From: an uncultured Chloroflexota bacterium
GTDB taxonomy: Bacteria; Chloroflexota; Dehalococcoidia; Lucifugimonadales; UBA1127
Length of the DNA: 64,000 bases
NCBI GenBank assembly: GCA_913045315.1
Contig: CAJWQJ010000004.1
Location: forward strand, 4,348 to 68,347
Reading direction: 5' to 3'
Shown here: positions 8,697 to 18,876 of the stretch, in pieces
Layout of the letters: every line of letters starts with the position of its first letter
Position numbering within the stretch: position 1 is the stretch's first letter
Made by a program: the position numbers and the translations under genes
The notes under the pieces: model-generated
What the model was told of the DNA's origin: nothing
Database searches by the model: none
Seen by the model: the letters and a program-made list of their open reading frames with translations, nothing else

Positions 8697-9371
8697 TTAT
8701 TCTGAATCATCCGAATCAGCTTCAGAATCGTTATCATCAGATATCCGTTGTGGCTCTGGTGACGATGGAGCTATCTCCTCCAAATCAGATGAGCCTTGCC
8801 CAGTAGATACTCTTGGCTTGTTAACCGTAGCAACAATAGAAGCAGGATCCGAAGTAACTTTAATTCCCTCAGCGGTAGTAAGATCACTCACACGTATCGA
8901 GTCTTCAAAGGTTTCAAGGACAGAAATATCTACATAAACAAAATCAGGAACATCCATAGGTTTCGCTTCAAGGAATACTGTTAAGGTGTTTTGAACAAGC
9001 AGGCCACCAGCATTTCTAACAGCTAATGATTCCCCATGAAGCCTCACAGGAACCTCAACTCTAACAACAGATGATGCATCGACGCGAAATAAGTCAACAT
9101 GCAATATCTCACCACTTACTGGATGAAAATTTATGTCGCGAACAAAAACTGTGTGTTGATCACCATTTTGAATTGATATCTGTAAAGGTCGACTTCGACC
9201 AGCTTGAGCAAGAACTTTCTGAAGTTCTCTGGTATCAGCTTGAATCGCAGCAGAAGTCATTCCTGAACCATACAAATTCATTGGCGTTACTCCTGTTCTT
9301 CGTAACGCTTTTACTTTCTTACCAATTACTGTTCGTTCTTCAATTTCAAGATGAATCGATTCGGTAGCCAT
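8697..9371 (-). CDS. rplY: 50S ribosomal protein L25 / general stress protein Ctc, with an acidic C-terminal tail
   Basis: N-terminus ...EERTVIGKKVKALRRTGVTPMNLYG... and 224-aa length are typical of long-form L25/Ctc. The tail is DDNDSEADSDDSE. Confidence 0.8.
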   Translation of the reverse strand: MATESIHLEIEERTVIGKKVKALRRTGVTPMNLYGSGMTSAAIQADTRELQKVLAQAGRSRPLQISIQNGDQHTVFVRDINFHPVSGEILHVDLFRVDASSVVRVEVPVRLHGESLAVRNAGGLLVQNTLTVFLEAKPMDVPDFVYVDISVLETFEDSIRVSDLTTAEGIKVTSDPASIVATVNKPRVSTGQGSSDLEEIAPSSPEPQRISDDNDSEADSDDSE

Positions 9372-9656
9372 GGAACTCCTTTAATTTTTAAAGTCAAATT
9401 ATTAATATTATCGTATAGTAACCCTTTAAACAATAATACCGAAGAGTATATGATAGCCTATAGACCTTACACAACGCTACTTTAATATTGAAAAAACAGC
9501 CTCGAAGAGAGTAACTGGTTGTGGATACACTATAAATAGCTTGCACCAAATGACTGCCACGGTTATAGTCATTCGGATATTTCAGAATAACTTTTCTGTT
9601 ATATGCTGTAGCTGTAGTATAATATAATTGAAATCGATTCACGGAGGCGAAGGATA

Positions 9657-10499
9657 ATGACTGCCGATAATAAAAGCGAAACGCTTCTACTTACACCAGA
9701 ACAAGTAGAAAGATATAGCCGACACATAATAATGCCACAGGTCGGAAGCACAGGCCAACGCAAACTTATTAATTCAAAGGTATTAATTGTTGGTGCCGGA
9801 GGATTAGGCTCACCTTCTGCAGTTTATCTTGCCCTTGCTGGAGTAGGAACCGTAGGGATTGTCGATTTTGACGTTGTTGATCTCTCAAATCTTCAACGAC
9901 AAATCCTTCACCACAATGATGATGTTGGTAAAAGAAAAGTAATCTCAGCTCAAGAAGCCATCAAAGCATACAATCCTGACATTAATATCCAAGTACATGA
10001 AGAAATGATAACTTCGGAGAATGCTTTTGATCTCATTAGCCAGTATGATATCGTGATCAATGGAGCAGATAACTTTCCCGCTCGATATCTGGTCAACGAC
10101 GCTTGCTATTTATTAAAAAAACCTCTTGTCGATGGCAGCATACTGATATTCGATGGACAGGCTACAGTTTATATCCCGGGTTCTGGATGTTATCGATGCC
10201 TCTTCCCAACCCCACCACCACCTGGAGCAGTACCGAATTGTGCTGAAGCGGGAGTCCTTGGTGCATTAACAGGACTTGTAGGAAGCATTCAGGCTGTAGA
10301 AACTCTAAAACTTATACTAGAAATTGGAGACTCCTTAGTATCACGATTGCTATTGATTGATGGGCTAGCAATGGATTTCCGAACGGTAAAGCTTCGAAGA
10401 AATCCTTCCTGTCCTTTATGTGGTGATACACCTACAGTAACAGAACTAATTGATTACGAAATTTTTTGCGGACTTCCTTCAAGGAATGGTGACCATTAA
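9657..10499 (+). CDS. ThiF/MoeB/HesA-family adenylyltransferase (E1-like), no rhodanese domain
   Basis: RYSRHI...VLIVGAGGLGSP nucleotide-binding motif. Paired CxxC motifs are present (GCYRC, CPLCG). SD GGAGG lies upstream. Confidence 0.8.
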   Translation: MTADNKSETLLLTPEQVERYSRHIIMPQVGSTGQRKLINSKVLIVGAGGLGSPSAVYLALAGVGTVGIVDFDVVDLSNLQRQILHHNDDVGKRKVISAQEAIKAYNPDINIQVHEEMITSENAFDLISQYDIVINGADNFPARYLVNDACYLLKKPLVDGSILIFDGQATVYIPGSGCYRCLFPTPPPPGAVPNCAEAGVLGALTGLVGSIQAVETLKLILEIGDSLVSRLLLIDGLAMDFRTVKLRRNPSCPLCGDTPTVTELIDYEIFCGLPSRNGDH

Positions 10500-11467
10500 T
10501 GTCAAACAGCCAAAAAATTTCAGGAAGCACAACCTATCAGAATATACTTGATACCATAGGTAATACTCCACTAGTTTTCCTCCCAACAATAAGTTCTGAA
10601 ACTGGCGTAAATATTTACGCTAAACTTGAAGGAAATAATCCCACTGGAAGTGTAAAAGATAGAATTGCCAAATATATGATGCAAAAAGCAGAAAGTGAAG
10701 GATTTCTGGAAGGAAACAAAACAGTACTCGAACCAACTAGCGGAAACACTGGAATTTCACTTGGACTTGTATGTAAACTTTTGGGCTACAATTTGACTGT
10801 TGTAATGCCTGACAATGTAAGCGAAGAAAGGGTCCAACTACTTAGAGCATATGGTGCAGAAATAATTTTTAGCGATGGAGAAGGTGGAACCAACCACGCT
10901 ATTAACGTCGCCAAGGAAATTTATGCCAATAACCCTGACAAATATTTCATGCCCTACCAATACGGCAATGAAGCAAACCCTCTGGCTCACTATGAAACTA
11001 CCGGAGTTGAAATTCTAGAAGCATTACCAACAATAGATACATTTATTGCTGGATTAGGTACTGGTGGAACTTTGACTGGAATAGGTCGAAGACTAAAAGA
11101 ATATAACAACGAAATTCATGTGGCCGCAGTCGTGCCCAATCCTGACGATTCTATTAGCGGACTCCGAAGACTTGAAGATGGATTCATTCCTCCGATACTC
11201 GACCAAAAAGTTTTGAACTCCAGAATAATGATTGATTCTAAAGAGGCCTTCCATATGGCCAAAGAACTTCTCAGTAAAGAAGGTGTCTTTGCTGGAGTAT
11301 CAGCAGGTTCTGTTATAGCATGTGCTTTAAAAATTGCTGCAAGAGGTACTCATAATAATATTGTTTGTCTTTTGGCAGATGGTGGATGGAAATATCTAAG
11401 CACCAACCTTTGGGAGCTAGAGTACAATGTTCTTAAAGATGATGTAAAAGGCAAACTTTGGTGGTAA
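10499..11467 (+). CDS. cysM: PLP-dependent cysteine synthase family protein (CysM/CysK-like)
   Basis: The PLP-lysine motif NPTGSVKDR and the TSGNTG and GTGGT loops are present. The start overlaps the upstream stop by 1 nt (TAATG). The CysM versus CysK assignment rests on context with the E1-like gene. Confidence 0.7.
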   Translation: MSNSQKISGSTTYQNILDTIGNTPLVFLPTISSETGVNIYAKLEGNNPTGSVKDRIAKYMMQKAESEGFLEGNKTVLEPTSGNTGISLGLVCKLLGYNLTVVMPDNVSEERVQLLRAYGAEIIFSDGEGGTNHAINVAKEIYANNPDKYFMPYQYGNEANPLAHYETTGVEILEALPTIDTFIAGLGTGGTLTGIGRRLKEYNNEIHVAAVVPNPDDSISGLRRLEDGFIPPILDQKVLNSRIMIDSKEAFHMAKELLSKEGVFAGVSAGSVIACALKIAARGTHNNIVCLLADGGWKYLSTNLWELEYNVLKDDVKGKLWW

Positions 11468-11859
11468 TTCAGACCACCAAAAGGTCTAAGAAGCTTATAG
11501 CAACAGGATGCTTTTTTGGCTTAATCTCAGTCTTAGCTGGTGCCTTCGGAACTCACGCATTAGAAAACTCCTTAACTAGTGGCGAAATGGAAACTTTCAG
11601 AATGGGAACACAATACCAAATGTACCATTCGTTTGCTCTAATCCTTGTAAGTTATATTAACTCAAAATCCAACAAGGCTATCTTTGAAATTGCCTCATGG
11701 CTCTTTATAATCGGAATTGTCATATTTTGCGGTAGTCTTTATACCATTGCATTATCTGGATTATCGACTATAGGAATAATAGCGCCTGTAGGAGGCTCTA
11801 TGTTAATTGCAGGATGGTGCACATTTGGTATAGGCATACTAAGAAATAATCTAGCTTGA
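11458..11859 (+). CDS. DUF423-family small membrane protein
   Basis: 133 aa with four hydrophobic segments. AGAFGTHAL is typical of DUF423 (YgdD/TMEM256-like). TTG start overlaps the cysM-like 3' end. Confidence 0.6.
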   Translation: MVVIQTTKRSKKLIATGCFFGLISVLAGAFGTHALENSLTSGEMETFRMGTQYQMYHSFALILVSYINSKSNKAIFEIASWLFIIGIVIFCGSLYTIALSGLSTIGIIAPVGGSMLIAGWCTFGIGILRNNLA

Positions 11860-12414
11860 TTTTGCAACCTGACGGCTGATCTCCATTGTGGCCTTTAAGT
11901 CTCGAACTTCTTGAGCTCCACTTTCTATAAGTATTCCTCTTACAACATTTGCATGTGAATGTTTCGGTTGAACAGCAACTAGAATTTTACCAAGCTTTAG
12001 ATTCTGCAAATAATAAGAATTGTATTCTGGCGTAAGACCTCGTTCATACGCCCAATAAATACCAACAAAGGCTCCAATAACTGCACCACATTTCCAGACA
12101 GTACTAGAAATAAGCACTCGGGTTGAAATATCATCAAACATTAACCATGCCCAAAAAAAACTTACTATAAAAAAAAGACCTGCTCCAATTATTGTCCCTT
12201 TAACAGCCAATTTTAAAGTGACATCCCCATTATCAAGGAATTTTACGGTATTCTTACCATCTTCCTTTTTTTCATTCTTCGACTCTTTAAAAGCATATGA
12301 ATCATCAAGAGAATAAAAATTATATTTCCCTAATTCATAATCTGCTCCAGATAATAAATTACAGGCGGATTCAGCAGAAATCTTATCTGAAAATATTCCG
12401 ACTATTTGTTTCAA
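11851..12414 (-). CDS. Hypothetical membrane protein
   Basis: 187-aa ORF with a soluble N-part and two hydrophobic segments (IIGAGLFFIVSFFWAWLMF, AVIGAFVGIYWAY). No family recognised. Confidence 0.55.
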   Translation of the reverse strand: MKQIVGIFSDKISAESACNLLSGADYELGKYNFYSLDDSYAFKESKNEKKEDGKNTVKFLDNGDVTLKLAVKGTIIGAGLFFIVSFFWAWLMFDDISTRVLISSTVWKCGAVIGAFVGIYWAYERGLTPEYNSYYLQNLKLGKILVAVQPKHSHANVVRGILIESGAQEVRDLKATMEISRQVAKSS

Positions 12415-12455
12415 ACAACACCTCAGATGCTTCTTGTTAGCATGATGTATTCCGA

Positions 12456-13670
12456 CTATTCCTTTTCCAATTCAAATGCTTTATGTAAACTTTGAACAGC
12501 TCGATTTACAGCTTCCTCATCAATTATGCAGGTAATTCTAATCTCTGATGTTGTAATCATGTGAATATTGACCTTAGCTTCAGACAAAGCTTTGAACATA
12601 AGAGCCGCATATCCAGGGGAATTTTGCATTCCTGTACCAACAACACTTACTTTTGCTAAATTATTCTCAGAACTTACTGATTTAAATCCAAGATCAGAAA
12701 TAATCGATTCTACCAAAGCTATAGCACTTTCGTGCTCACTCCTTGACACAGTAAATGACATATCGGTCAAATCATCAGCACTTGCATTTTGTACTATTGT
12801 ATCCACGCTTACATTTGCTTCAGCCAATGGAGAAAAAAGAGCTGCGGCAATTCCAGGTTTATCTGGAACTCCTCGGACGGTGATTTTAGATACGTTCTTA
12901 TCAGCAGCAACACCTCGAACTCTATTTTGTATCTCCATATTAGCCTCCTTGTGAATCAATGTGCCTTTCTCATTAGAAAAAGACGATGCTACTAGTATTG
13001 GCACATCAAATAATGCTCCCAATTCAATACTGCGAGGATGCATTTTTGCTCCACTTACCGCAAGTTCTAACATCTCTTCGTACTCTATTTCAATAAGTTT
13101 TCTTGCATCCGAAACAATTCTTGGATCTGCAGTATAAATTCCTTCAACATCAGTATAAATTTCACATCTTGTTGCACCTAGTGCAGCAGCGAGGGCAACA
13201 GCAGTTGTATCTGAACCACCACGACCCAAAGTAGTCAATTCATGATCTTCCGTAAAACCTTGAAATCCACACACAACAGCTATTCGCCCATTTTCAAGCT
13301 CTTCTATAATGCGATGTGGATTTAATTCTGAAATTCTTGCAGATCCATGTGCAGTTTCTGTCTGTATGCCTGCCTGCATGCCCGTCAAACTAACTGCTGG
13401 ATATCCCCTCTCAGAAAGTGCCATAGCTACTAAAGAACAAGAAACCATTTCCCCAGTAGCAAGTAATACATCCATTTCTCTCTTTGAAGGATTTGAGCTT
13501 ATCTCATGAGAAAGGGCAAGAAGATCATCAGTGGTATCACCCATTGCCGAACAAACCACTACAACTCCTGTGTTTGAACTACTAAGTAAAGTGATTCGTT
13601 CTGAAACGAGTTTAATTTTTTCTGGATCAGCAAGTGAACTGCCACCATATTTCTGAACAATTATATTCAT
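12456..13670 (-). CDS. lysC: Aspartate kinase
   Basis: N-terminus IVQKYGGSSLADPEKI. 404 aa with C-terminal ACT-like repeats. 4-nt overlap with thrB. Confidence 0.9.
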   Translation of the reverse strand: MNIIVQKYGGSSLADPEKIKLVSERITLLSSSNTGVVVVCSAMGDTTDDLLALSHEISSNPSKREMDVLLATGEMVSCSLVAMALSERGYPAVSLTGMQAGIQTETAHGSARISELNPHRIIEELENGRIAVVCGFQGFTEDHELTTLGRGGSDTTAVALAAALGATRCEIYTDVEGIYTADPRIVSDARKLIEIEYEEMLELAVSGAKMHPRSIELGALFDVPILVASSFSNEKGTLIHKEANMEIQNRVRGVAADKNVSKITVRGVPDKPGIAAALFSPLAEANVSVDTIVQNASADDLTDMSFTVSRSEHESAIALVESIISDLGFKSVSSENNLAKVSVVGTGMQNSPGYAALMFKALSEAKVNIHMITTSEIRITCIIDEEAVNRAVQSLHKAFELEKE

Positions 13671-14596
13671 GAAGCAACCTCACTTGATAGGTGTGCACCG
13701 GCTTTTGTAAATGAGTAAACAAAAATGTCCCCTGGAACTCCACTTTTTAAAGCAATTTCAGACATTTCAAAGCCAATTGTCATTTCATTGCTTTCGGTTA
13801 AAGCAATTATAGTTGGACCAGCACCTGATAAGAAAGCACCTGCTGCTCCTCCATCCATAGCTGCTTTCATAATTCTACTCATCGACGGGAATAATACTTC
13901 CCTGTATGGCTGATGAAGTCGATCTTTTGTAGCTATATTTAATTTTGAAAAATCTCCGGTAGAGAATGCATTTATCAAAAGAGCAACCCTTCCCAAGTTA
14001 AAAACAGCATCATTAAATGGAACCATCGTTGGCAAAACAGATCGAGCTACTGAAGTAGGCAATATTTGATCAGGAACAAATAAAACACCTTTTATTTCTA
14101 TGGAGAAATCAACAGGAGAATAATGAACCACATCATCATCAAGAATTGATATAACACATCCTCCTAAAAGTGCAGGAGCAACATTATCTGGATGTCCTTC
14201 TATTTTGGTAGCAAGATCTAATAATTCAGAAGATGTAAGAGGTTCTCCAATTAAAACATTGGCAGCAAATAAACCTCCAACAACTGCAGCTGCACTGCTT
14301 CCAAGACCTCTCGCTAAAGGAATTTTATTCGTGCATATCAATTTTACATCCGGTATAGATTGACCAGACTCATTAATAAGACGTTCAAACGAAGTATACA
14401 TAAGGTTGTCTGCAGGATTATTCAGTGTTTCGGAACCATATCCCAAAACTTGAAGTCCTCTTTCTCCATAAACGATTTCGATTTCGTTCCAAAGATCTAA
14501 AGCAAAGCCCACACAATCAAACCCAGAACCAAGATTTGCAGTAGTAGCTGGAACTTTTATTTTCATAGTCATACTAGCATCCTGCTCTAATAACAT
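13667..14596 (-). CDS. thrB: Homoserine kinase
   Basis: KVPATTANLGSGFDCVGFAL and the GHMP kinase motif PLARGLGSSAAA. Confidence 0.9.
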   Translation of the reverse strand: MLLEQDASMTMKIKVPATTANLGSGFDCVGFALDLWNEIEIVYGERGLQVLGYGSETLNNPADNLMYTSFERLINESGQSIPDVKLICTNKIPLARGLGSSAAAVVGGLFAANVLIGEPLTSSELLDLATKIEGHPDNVAPALLGGCVISILDDDVVHYSPVDFSIEIKGVLFVPDQILPTSVARSVLPTMVPFNDAVFNLGRVALLINAFSTGDFSKLNIATKDRLHQPYREVLFPSMSRIMKAAMDGGAAGAFLSGAGPTIIALTESNEMTIGFEMSEIALKSGVPGDIFVYSFTKAGAHLSSEVAS

Positions 14597-14619
14597 TTTT
14601 TAAGATAAAATAGCAAAAC

Positions 14620-15255
14620 TTATCCCCTTCGACGTCGAAGTTCCTCCCATACATCGTTAATTTCAACTCCACAAGAAACTAAGGATACTATCGTATGGTA
14701 GAAAAGGTCAGCAACTTCTGAAACCAACAATTGCTTGTTGCCTTGCATAACCTCAATAGCTGTCTCTCCAGCTTCCTCAACAATCTTCTGCGCTATCTTT
14801 GGAGCTCCACCTTCAAGTAGTGAATTTGTATAACTTCCATCTATAGGATTCTCAAATCGTTCTTTAATAAGTGAAAATAATTCATTTAATATCGAACTGT
14901 TGGCATCCCCAAGATTAAACTCAGGAAATTCCTTTATTTCAGTAAAAAAACATGAGGTTTCTCCTGTATGACACGTCGGCCCAGTCGGAATTACTTTTAG
15001 AAGCAATGAATCTCCATCACAATCTGCATGTATCGATATCAGCTTAAGGTAATTACCCGAGGTTTCACCTTTATGCCATAATTCTTGACGAGAACGGCTA
15101 TAAAACCAAACTTCCCCTTGTTCCAAAGTTAATCTAAGAGATCTAGGAGATACATACGCAAGTGTTAGGACTTCTCCAGAATTAGAATCTTGAATTATGG
15201 CAGGAAGTAACCCGTTTTCATCTTGTTTTATTGCTATTTTATCTTTATCGCTCAC
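14620..15255 (-). CDS. hisIE: Bifunctional phosphoribosyl-AMP cyclohydrolase / phosphoribosyl-ATP pyrophosphatase
   Basis: GLLPAIIQD...FYSRSRQELWHKGETSGN...DCDGD (HisI part), followed by a HisE-like helical C-terminal half. 211 aa. Confidence 0.85.
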   Translation of the reverse strand: MSDKDKIAIKQDENGLLPAIIQDSNSGEVLTLAYVSPRSLRLTLEQGEVWFYSRSRQELWHKGETSGNYLKLISIHADCDGDSLLLKVIPTGPTCHTGETSCFFTEIKEFPEFNLGDANSSILNELFSLIKERFENPIDGSYTNSLLEGGAPKIAQKIVEEAGETAIEVMQGNKQLLVSEVADLFYHTIVSLVSCGVEINDVWEELRRRRG

Positions 15256-15286
15256 ACTTTACCCCCCCATCAGAATAAATCAAATC

Positions 15287-16015
15287 TCACGAGAGTTGTG
15301 TTTTAATTTCCGGTAACACTAATAAGTCCGACAAACTCCCAATTTTTATATCTGGATCTGGCAATAATGGATTAGGAATGTAGCGATCACGATCAATTAA
15401 AACTGTGCGTATCCCTAAACGATTCGCTCCCCAAACATCCTCTTCTTGTCTATCACCCACGTGAATCACATTTTCAGCATCCAGACCTAAAGAATTCAAC
15501 AACAATTGAAAAATATCTGGGTGTGGTTTATATGCTTTAGCATCCTCTGAGCAAACAACTGAATCAAAATATCTAAAAATATCATATCGTTTTAGTATTG
15601 GTTCCATATAGTCCCTATCAGCGTTAGATAAAAGACCAACCAAATAATTACCTTGTAAACTCGCTAAAACATTGATCGTGTCTGGAAAAATAGGACGCCT
15701 GCCAAGATCCCTTAAACATTGATTAACTGCATCTGAAGAATTCGCATTCAAGTTAAGATCCTCAAAAACACGTTCAAAACTCCAGTTCCAAGCTTCTCTA
15801 TATGTATAAAATGGCTGTCTCATTTCCATAGTTTCACGATCCAATCGCCAAGCACGAAATCCATGTTCGTATTCATACCAATTTTCCAAAAGCACAGAAG
15901 GCTCTATTGATAGGTTTTGATCCTTACATATTGCCTCAAAACTTACATGCCAATCTGACGGGGTGTTTTCCACGAGAGTTTCAAACAAATCAAAAAATAT
16001 CGCTTTTATCGCCAC
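15287..16015 (-). CDS. HAD-superfamily hydrolase (subfamily IA-like)
   Basis: Motif I-like FFDLFETL, SNAD, AYKPHPDIF and VGDRQEEDVWGA. Abuts hisF (1-nt overlap). Confidence 0.7.
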   Translation of the reverse strand: MAIKAIFFDLFETLVENTPSDWHVSFEAICKDQNLSIEPSVLLENWYEYEHGFRAWRLDRETMEMRQPFYTYREAWNWSFERVFEDLNLNANSSDAVNQCLRDLGRRPIFPDTINVLASLQGNYLVGLLSNADRDYMEPILKRYDIFRYFDSVVCSEDAKAYKPHPDIFQLLLNSLGLDAENVIHVGDRQEEDVWGANRLGIRTVLIDRDRYIPNPLLPDPDIKIGSLSDLLVLPEIKTQLS

Positions 16016-16827
16016 TATCTTATCTTCCCATTTCCATTATCTAAATTCATTCTAATTGGTAATCCGTTTTCAAACAGATATTCTTTTACTTCCTCTATGG
16101 AATAAGTTCCATAATGAAAAATTGTTGCAGCAAGTGCAGCATCTGCTTTTCCATTTGTTAAAGCTTCAAGAATATGATCCTTTATTCCAGCACCTCCACT
16201 TGCAACCACAGGTACTGTAATAACTTGAGCCAATGCCTTTAAAAGATCGATATCATATCCTTCTGTTGTTCCATCAGCATCAATACTATTGACCACTATT
16301 TCTCCAACCCCAAGCTTTACAGCTTCTACTGCCCATTCAATTGCATCCAAACCTGCTTCAATACCGCCTGCATTGCCAGTTCTTATCCGAACAGTCCAAT
16401 GAGGATCATGTGTTGAAAAGTTTTTGGATCGAATCGCATCAAGGCCTAGTACGATACATTGACTTCCAAAATGATCTGCCCCAGCCTTTATAAGTTCAGG
16501 ATTCTCCACTGCAGCGGTATTAATTGAAATCTTGTCAGCTCCAGCATTTAGCATCAGGCGCATATCAGAGACAGATCGGATACCACCACCAACCGTCAAG
16601 GGAATAAAGACTTGTTCAGCAACACGTGAAACAACATCTCTCATAATCTCCCTACCATCCGAAGACGCTGTTATATCATAAAATACAAGTTCGTCTGCTC
16701 CTTCTCGATCATAGAATGACGCCATTTCAACGGGATCTCCAGCATCTCTGTGGTCACGAAATTGGATACCCTTCACAACACGCCCGCCCTTAACATCGAG
16801 ACAAGGTATAATCCTTTTTGTAAGCAA
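16015..16827 (-). CDS. hisF: Imidazole glycerol phosphate synthase, cyclase subunit
   Basis: [19 protein letters not shown]...[11 protein letters not shown]...VVASGGAG. Confidence 0.9.
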   Translation of the reverse strand: MLTKRIIPCLDVKGGRVVKGIQFRDHRDAGDPVEMASFYDREGADELVFYDITASSDGREIMRDVVSRVAEQVFIPLTVGGGIRSVSDMRLMLNAGADKISINTAAVENPELIKAGADHFGSQCIVLGLDAIRSKNFSTHDPHWTVRIRTGNAGGIEAGLDAIEWAVEAVKLGVGEIVVNSIDADGTTEGYDIDLLKALAQVITVPVVASGGAGIKDHILEALTNGKADAALAATIFHYGTYSIEEVKEYLFENGLPIRMNLDNGNGKIR

Positions 16828-16829
16828 AG

Positions 16830-17369
16830 CTACTTCCTAAGAATGATAATATAAAAGTTGTCGTCTAAATCTCTTCGTTCGCTAAAGCGGAATCCGGATT
16901 CTTTTGCCAATGCAATAATTTCTGATTCTGGAAGATTATCCGTTTCTTCCTCAGAATCACTACCATGTTTTTCTATGACTGCTGCCCAAGCTCCTTTCTT
17001 GAGAAGACCAATTGCTCGACTCAAAACTGCACTGGGTTCAGCTTCAGCAACAAGCATAGACGGTAATAAAACACCATCAACACCTTCATTGGGAAGTATT
17101 TTTGATTCACTCTTAGGATCATACACCTGTACATTCCCAAGTCTAGCTTGAGAAAGTTTTTCCTGTAAATTCTTCCTCATTTGAGCAGATGCGTCAGTGG
17201 CAAAAATTTGCCCATCATAATTATGCTTTGCAAGAGAAATAGTAAAAGCTCCTGATCCAATTCTTAAATCAGCAAGAACATGATATGGCTGCAAAGGCAA
17301 TTGAGCCATCAGTCTAAGTGGATCTAGTATTTCGGAGGGATCAGGTGATAATAATTTTCTTTTAACCAT
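16830..17369 (-). CDS. Class I SAM-dependent methyltransferase (small, 179 aa)
   Basis: Motif I-like VLADLRIGSGAFTISLA and an acidic motif II region. Lies between hisA and hisF. Confidence 0.6.
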   Translation of the reverse strand: MVKRKLLSPDPSEILDPLRLMAQLPLQPYHVLADLRIGSGAFTISLAKHNYDGQIFATDASAQMRKNLQEKLSQARLGNVQVYDPKSESKILPNEGVDGVLLPSMLVAEAEPSAVLSRAIGLLKKGAWAAVIEKHGSDSEEETDNLPESEIIALAKESGFRFSERRDLDDNFYIIILRK

Positions 17370-17491
17370 AAAAAGAACCTCAAAATATATTTTCTAGAAT
17401 AAGAAATCATACAAACCGATAAATTTCAGTATACCCTTAAAAAGCAACAATTAGTACTAAAATAGAAGATTTTTAATGATAGATACATTTG

Positions 17492-18208
17492 TCAATTAGT
17501 CATTTCAGAAATTGCTTTTCGCAAATCAATATCTCCAGTGTAAAGGGCCTTACCTACTATAGCACCGTAAGCACCTAATGTTCTAAGTTGGTGCAATTGA
17601 TCAATAGTTGCCACCCCACCAGAAGCTATGATTTTTATTGGTAATGCAACAAGTTCTGAAATTGCTTCGAAATTAGGTTCGGTCATTGTCCCATCTTTGC
17701 TAATATCGGTATATATAAACTGCCTAAAACCCTTTGAAGCTAATTCGTTTATTAAATCAAATGCAATTACATTTGATTGGTTTACCCATCCTCTTGTTGC
17801 AACAATGCCATCTTTTGCATCAATACCCACAATTAACGCTTCAGAACCGATCATTTCAAGCAACTCATCTACGACATTAATATTTTCCACAACTGCAGTC
17901 CCAACAATTAAATTACTAACACCGACATCTAGAAGTTTTCTGGCCGCTTCAGAAGAACGAACTCCTCCACCAACTTGTATAGGTATGTGGACATACTTTG
18001 TTATCATTTCAATTATCGAAATATTTGTTAGATCCCCAGTAGCTGCCCCATCTAAATCTACAACATGGATCCTTTCAGCTCCTTGGTTTTCCCACTGAAT
18101 TGCTACTTGAACAGGATCATCTGAAAAAATTTCCTCTTTTTCAAAATCACCTTGGAAGAGTCTGACACATTTGCCATTTCTTAAATCTATTGCAGGTATT
18201 ATTTTCAT
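17492..18208 (-). CDS. hisA: ProFAR isomerase (HisA)
   Basis: MKIIPAIDLRNGKCVRL...VGGGVRS...ASGGV. I prefer the ATG at 18208 (canonical HisA N-terminus, GGAG/GAGGG upstream) over the ORF-track TTG at 18253. Confidence 0.85.
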   Translation of the reverse strand: MKIIPAIDLRNGKCVRLFQGDFEKEEIFSDDPVQVAIQWENQGAERIHVVDLDGAATGDLTNISIIEMITKYVHIPIQVGGGVRSSEAARKLLDVGVSNLIVGTAVVENINVVDELLEMIGSEALIVGIDAKDGIVATRGWVNQSNVIAFDLINELASKGFRQFIYTDISKDGTMTEPNFEAISELVALPIKIIASGGVATIDQLHQLRTLGAYGAIVGKALYTGDIDLRKAISEMTN

Positions 18209-18249
18209 ACCCTCTTCTCCATAAAAAATTAAAGGGAACTTATTGGAAA

Positions 18250-18864
18250 TCAACTAACAAAATTAACAAAGTTATTATAAAGTTGAAGTCCTAAGACACC
18301 ACTTTTCTCAGGGTGAAATTGAGTTCCCATTATATTTTTAAAAGCAAATGCACTACAAAATTCAACTCCATAATTTGTATAACACCCTGCATCAGGTTTG
18401 CCTTCTAAATCAACATAGTAGCTATGTACAAAGTAAAAATAACTTTGGTCAACAATCCCATCAAAAAAAGAATGTGAGCCCTGTTTGTAAATTGTATTCC
18501 ACCCCATATGTGGAATTTTGTCATGTGCCGGAAATTTTCTGACTTTACCAGGAAATAATCCTAAACAATTTGTATTACCTTCCTCAGTCCAGTCGAAAAG
18601 AAGTTGAAGTCCTAAACACACCCCTAAAAAAGGAATATTACGATCAACTACATCTTTGATCACATGAATCAGCTTGAGATCTTTTAAAGATTGCATAGCC
18701 ATATCACAAGCCCCTTGACCAGGAAGTACAACTCCATCAGATTGCACTATCTCTAATGGGTCTCTAGTAATCAAAACATCCGCTCCAGCCCATTCTAGGG
18801 CCTTTGCCACACTTCTGAGATTACCAGCTCCGTAATCAATAACAGCTATTTTTGTACTATTCAT
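18250..18864 (-). CDS. hisH: Imidazole glycerol phosphate synthase, glutamine amidotransferase subunit
   Basis: IAVIDYGAGNLRSV...LPGQGA...GVCLGLQLL...HSYY...QFHPEKS. TGA stop. Confidence 0.9.
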   Translation of the reverse strand: MNSTKIAVIDYGAGNLRSVAKALEWAGADVLITRDPLEIVQSDGVVLPGQGACDMAMQSLKDLKLIHVIKDVVDRNIPFLGVCLGLQLLFDWTEEGNTNCLGLFPGKVRKFPAHDKIPHMGWNTIYKQGSHSFFDGIVDQSYFYFVHSYYVDLEGKPDAGCYTNYGVEFCSAFAFKNIMGTQFHPEKSGVLGLQLYNNFVNFVS

Positions 18865-18876
18865 GCATAAATCTCG

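Noticed and set aside
9394-9642. 82-aa minus-strand ORF in the rplY / E1-like divergent intergenic region
   Set aside because: Tyr/Asn/Ile-rich low-complexity product with no SD. The region is better explained as a divergent promoter region; a TATAAT-like box precedes the E1-like gene.
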